64,000 bases of DNA from an uncultured Acidimicrobiaceae bacterium. Its GTDB lineage: Bacteria > Actinomycetota > Acidimicrobiia > Acidimicrobiales > Bog-793. Position numbers and translations under genes: made by a program. This document shows, in pieces, positions 62,564 through 64,000 of this stretch. The stretch's first letter is position 1. Every line of letters begins with the position of its first letter. Below the pieces are notes generated by a model. It worked only from the letters and a program-made list of their open reading frames with translations, ran no database searches and had not been told where the DNA came from. The stretch is from assembly GCA_963725355.1 (NCBI GenBank), contig CAVRYE010000005.1:89103-153102 (forward strand), given 5' to 3'.

Positions 62564-63110
62564 ACTGCTCGCGAAGTGTCCAGTACAGTGAGGCCGTCGA
62601 TGTCCTGCGGATCTCGGGGAGGATAGCGGCGTACTCGTGGGGGAGGTGGTTGACAACGTACAAAGCGATATGCCCATCGACGCGACGAAGTCGTTCCAGG
62701 CCCAGACCCTGCGCGTCAGCCGGGAGTTGAAGCGACTCCGTTGCCCAGTCGGGTAGAACCTCGATTTCTGCGCGCAGCACGGTCGACTCGACCGTGATTC
62801 CCCGGCGGGTCAGTTCGTCGTCGAACAGGCCGCCTGCCCACTGCAAGAGCCACGACCCAGATGAGGTCCGATTCACAAAGGCGCCCCGACCCTTCTCCTT
62901 GCGGATCAGGCCTTGCTGCTCGAGCGCATGGAGCGCCTGGCGCACCGTCGCCCGTGAGACCTTGTAGTACTCGCTCAAGAAGGGCTCGGAGGGCAGCCGC
63001 TCTCCCTGGGGCCACCGACCCGTCTCAATCTGCTGCTCCAAGAGCTTGCGCAGCTGATAATGGAAGGGCACCGAAGAGGATCGGTCGATCACGCCGGCGG
63101 GCTCAGTCAT
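62283..63110 (-). CDS. GntR family transcriptional regulator, HutC subfamily (wHTH + UTRA)
   Basis: LPSEPFLSEYYKVSRATVRQALHALEQQGLIRKEKGRGAFV, followed by a UTRA-like effector domain. Confidence 0.88.
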   Translation of the reverse strand: MTEPAGVIDRSSSVPFHYQLRKLLEQQIETGRWPQGERLPSEPFLSEYYKVSRATVRQALHALEQQGLIRKEKGRGAFVNRTSSGSWLLQWAGGLFDDELTRRGITVESTVLRAEIEVLPDWATESLQLPADAQGLGLERLRRVDGHIALYVVNHLPHEYAAILPEIRRTSTASLYWTLREQCGVEVAGSSRTLEAVSAPPPLARRLGVPSRYPLVYIQSVTRDATGKPIDCYRAWLRTDRLRIAVETDTWASLGGRVVSHSFVGVPNDGAVVGS

Positions 63111-63314
63111 CCGTTGCTCCTGTTCAAACAGGACAATTCAAGCTGGTACCTTAACCCCTTGACGGTCGTCGCGGCCACAATTACTGTCAGTCGCGAGTGG
63201 CGATGCCCGCCGACAGACGCTGTCGAGCCGCGCGATCTGAGATATACGCAGTGGCATCGAGCCGCTAGGACGATTCCCAAGCACTACGGGTGACCTGTGG
63301 AAGGGGTGTGCGAC

Positions 63315-63851
63315 ATGGAACACACAATGGAGCGTGTGACCTTCGAAGATGGGCGGCCCAGCGGGCCCCTGCCGATCACGCAGATCGCCTTCGTCGTGCG
63401 GGACATCGAGAAAGCCCTCGAGGACTTCCACCGCACTCTCGGGTGGGGCCCGTGGAATATCTACGAGCACAAGCCCCCGGCGCTTCACGACACGTACCTT
63501 CACGGCGTGCCAACCGACTACACGATGATCGGGGCCGAAGCACACGTGGGGCCCATCGACGTGGAGCTGATCCAGCCGGTTGACGGTCCCAGCATCTACA
63601 AGGAATGGCTCGACGAGCATGGCGAGGGAGTGCACCACATCGCCGTAATGCGCGCCACGATGGAGGACGCAGAGGAGACCGAAGAGTATCTAGGCAAGCT
63701 AGGCGCTCCGGTCATTATGGAGGGCCGGATAGGCGACTCAATCAGGTTCTTTTACATCGACGCGCAGCCCACTTTGAAAGTTATCTTGGAATCCGGCAGC
63801 GGTCACGCGGTGGACATGACCCCGGTCCGTGTCTACCCGCCGGAGGGCTGA
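63315..63851 (+). CDS. VOC (glyoxalase/bleomycin resistance/dioxygenase) family protein
   Basis: ITQIAFVVRDIEKALEDFHRTLGWGPW...GVHHIAVM. The start is ATG 63315 or 63327 (the track start is GTG 63297). Confidence 0.7.
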   Translation: MEHTMERVTFEDGRPSGPLPITQIAFVVRDIEKALEDFHRTLGWGPWNIYEHKPPALHDTYLHGVPTDYTMIGAEAHVGPIDVELIQPVDGPSIYKEWLDEHGEGVHHIAVMRATMEDAEETEEYLGKLGAPVIMEGRIGDSIRFFYIDAQPTLKVILESGSGHAVDMTPVRVYPPEG

Positions 63852-64000
63852 CCGCTTCTCATTCGGCCTCCTTGGCAGGCTGCTTTTCCCCTGATCACTG
63901 TCAGCTAGCGCGGCGCGCGCCTGGAGCCCTTACCTTTTTGACCTCCCGGCGCACCGGTCAGTCAGGTCCCAGGAGCCGCTGTTCAGCCATTGCTGTACGT

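Noticed and set aside
63111-63296. CTGTTCAAACAG and GGTACC palindromes in the GntR-VOC divergent region as autoregulatory operators.
   Set aside because: The palindromes are short (5-6 bp arms), have no counterpart in the duplicated copy and match the HutC consensus poorly. They are noted only as candidates for a motif scan.
1-64000. Looked for rRNA, tRNA, tmRNA/RNase P signatures, CRISPR-like spaced repeats, transposase/integrase genes and terminal inverted repeats.
   Set aside because: None was recognisable. Isolated GGTTCGA-like strings (for example near 4487 and 8218) lie inside coding regions and lack tRNA arm complementarity. This is a by-eye scan only, so a tRNAscan/Infernal run would be decisive.
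63852-64000. Possible 3' end of a minus-strand gene at the window edge (stop near 63958).
   Set aside because: Only ~14 codons are visible, which is too little to support a call.

Overview
High-GC (about two-thirds G+C by eye), very compact actinobacterial-type chromosomal segment. It holds about 57 protein genes, many chained by 4-nt start/stop overlaps (ATGA/GTGA/TTGA). I saw no rRNA, tRNA, CRISPR array, transposase or integrase. All family calls come from motif recognition in the supplied translations or my own translations; no search was run. 1-33 kb is a conserved core block resembling the mycobacterial sahH-manA-pmmA ... fbiA-fbiB-manC-wbbL-rmlD ... birA-accA3 neighbourhood: dapF (partial, absent from the ORF track), miaA, hpf, ahcY, PGI/PMI, Trm112-like, manB, CPBP protease, ftsH, a giant GT2-polytopic protein plus a DUF5719-like partner, an Rmd-like reductase plus three GT4 glycosyltransferases, cofE/cofD, galE-like, manC (frameshifted), a Thr-rich membrane protein, wbbL-like GT2, rmlD, rmlB, birA, accA, an M20 hydrolase, an acyl-CoA mutase large subunit and a rhodanese-ThiF protein. 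33-36.6 kb holds a nitroreductase, an NlpC/P60 hydrolase, a SAM methyltransferase and a USP. 36.7-51.3 kb is my main candidate for something new. Two divergent operons look like an ABC-importer-based (anhydro)muropeptide salvage locus. One is GNAT / AmiE-like serine hydrolase / MurQ / NagA / FAD-FeS D-2-hydroxyacid dehydrogenase. The other is SBP / 2 permeases / AnmK / 2 ATPases / a divergent adenosylhomocysteinase-like paralog. 51-64 kb looks accessory: a PLP decarboxylase, DUF1918, a PMI-like cupin, a FrlC-like sugar epimerase, two paralogous APC permeases, a DUF4432 mutarotase-like protein, a cyclase-family hydrolase, a HutC-type GntR regulator and a VOC protein. This part contains a ~460-bp segmental duplication that copies the regulator 3' end, the promoter/operator region and the first 27 codons of the cyclase gene to a position in front of the second permease operon. 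Three genes carry frame disruptions: manC, murQ and the first ABC ATPase. These could be real lesions or assembly errors.
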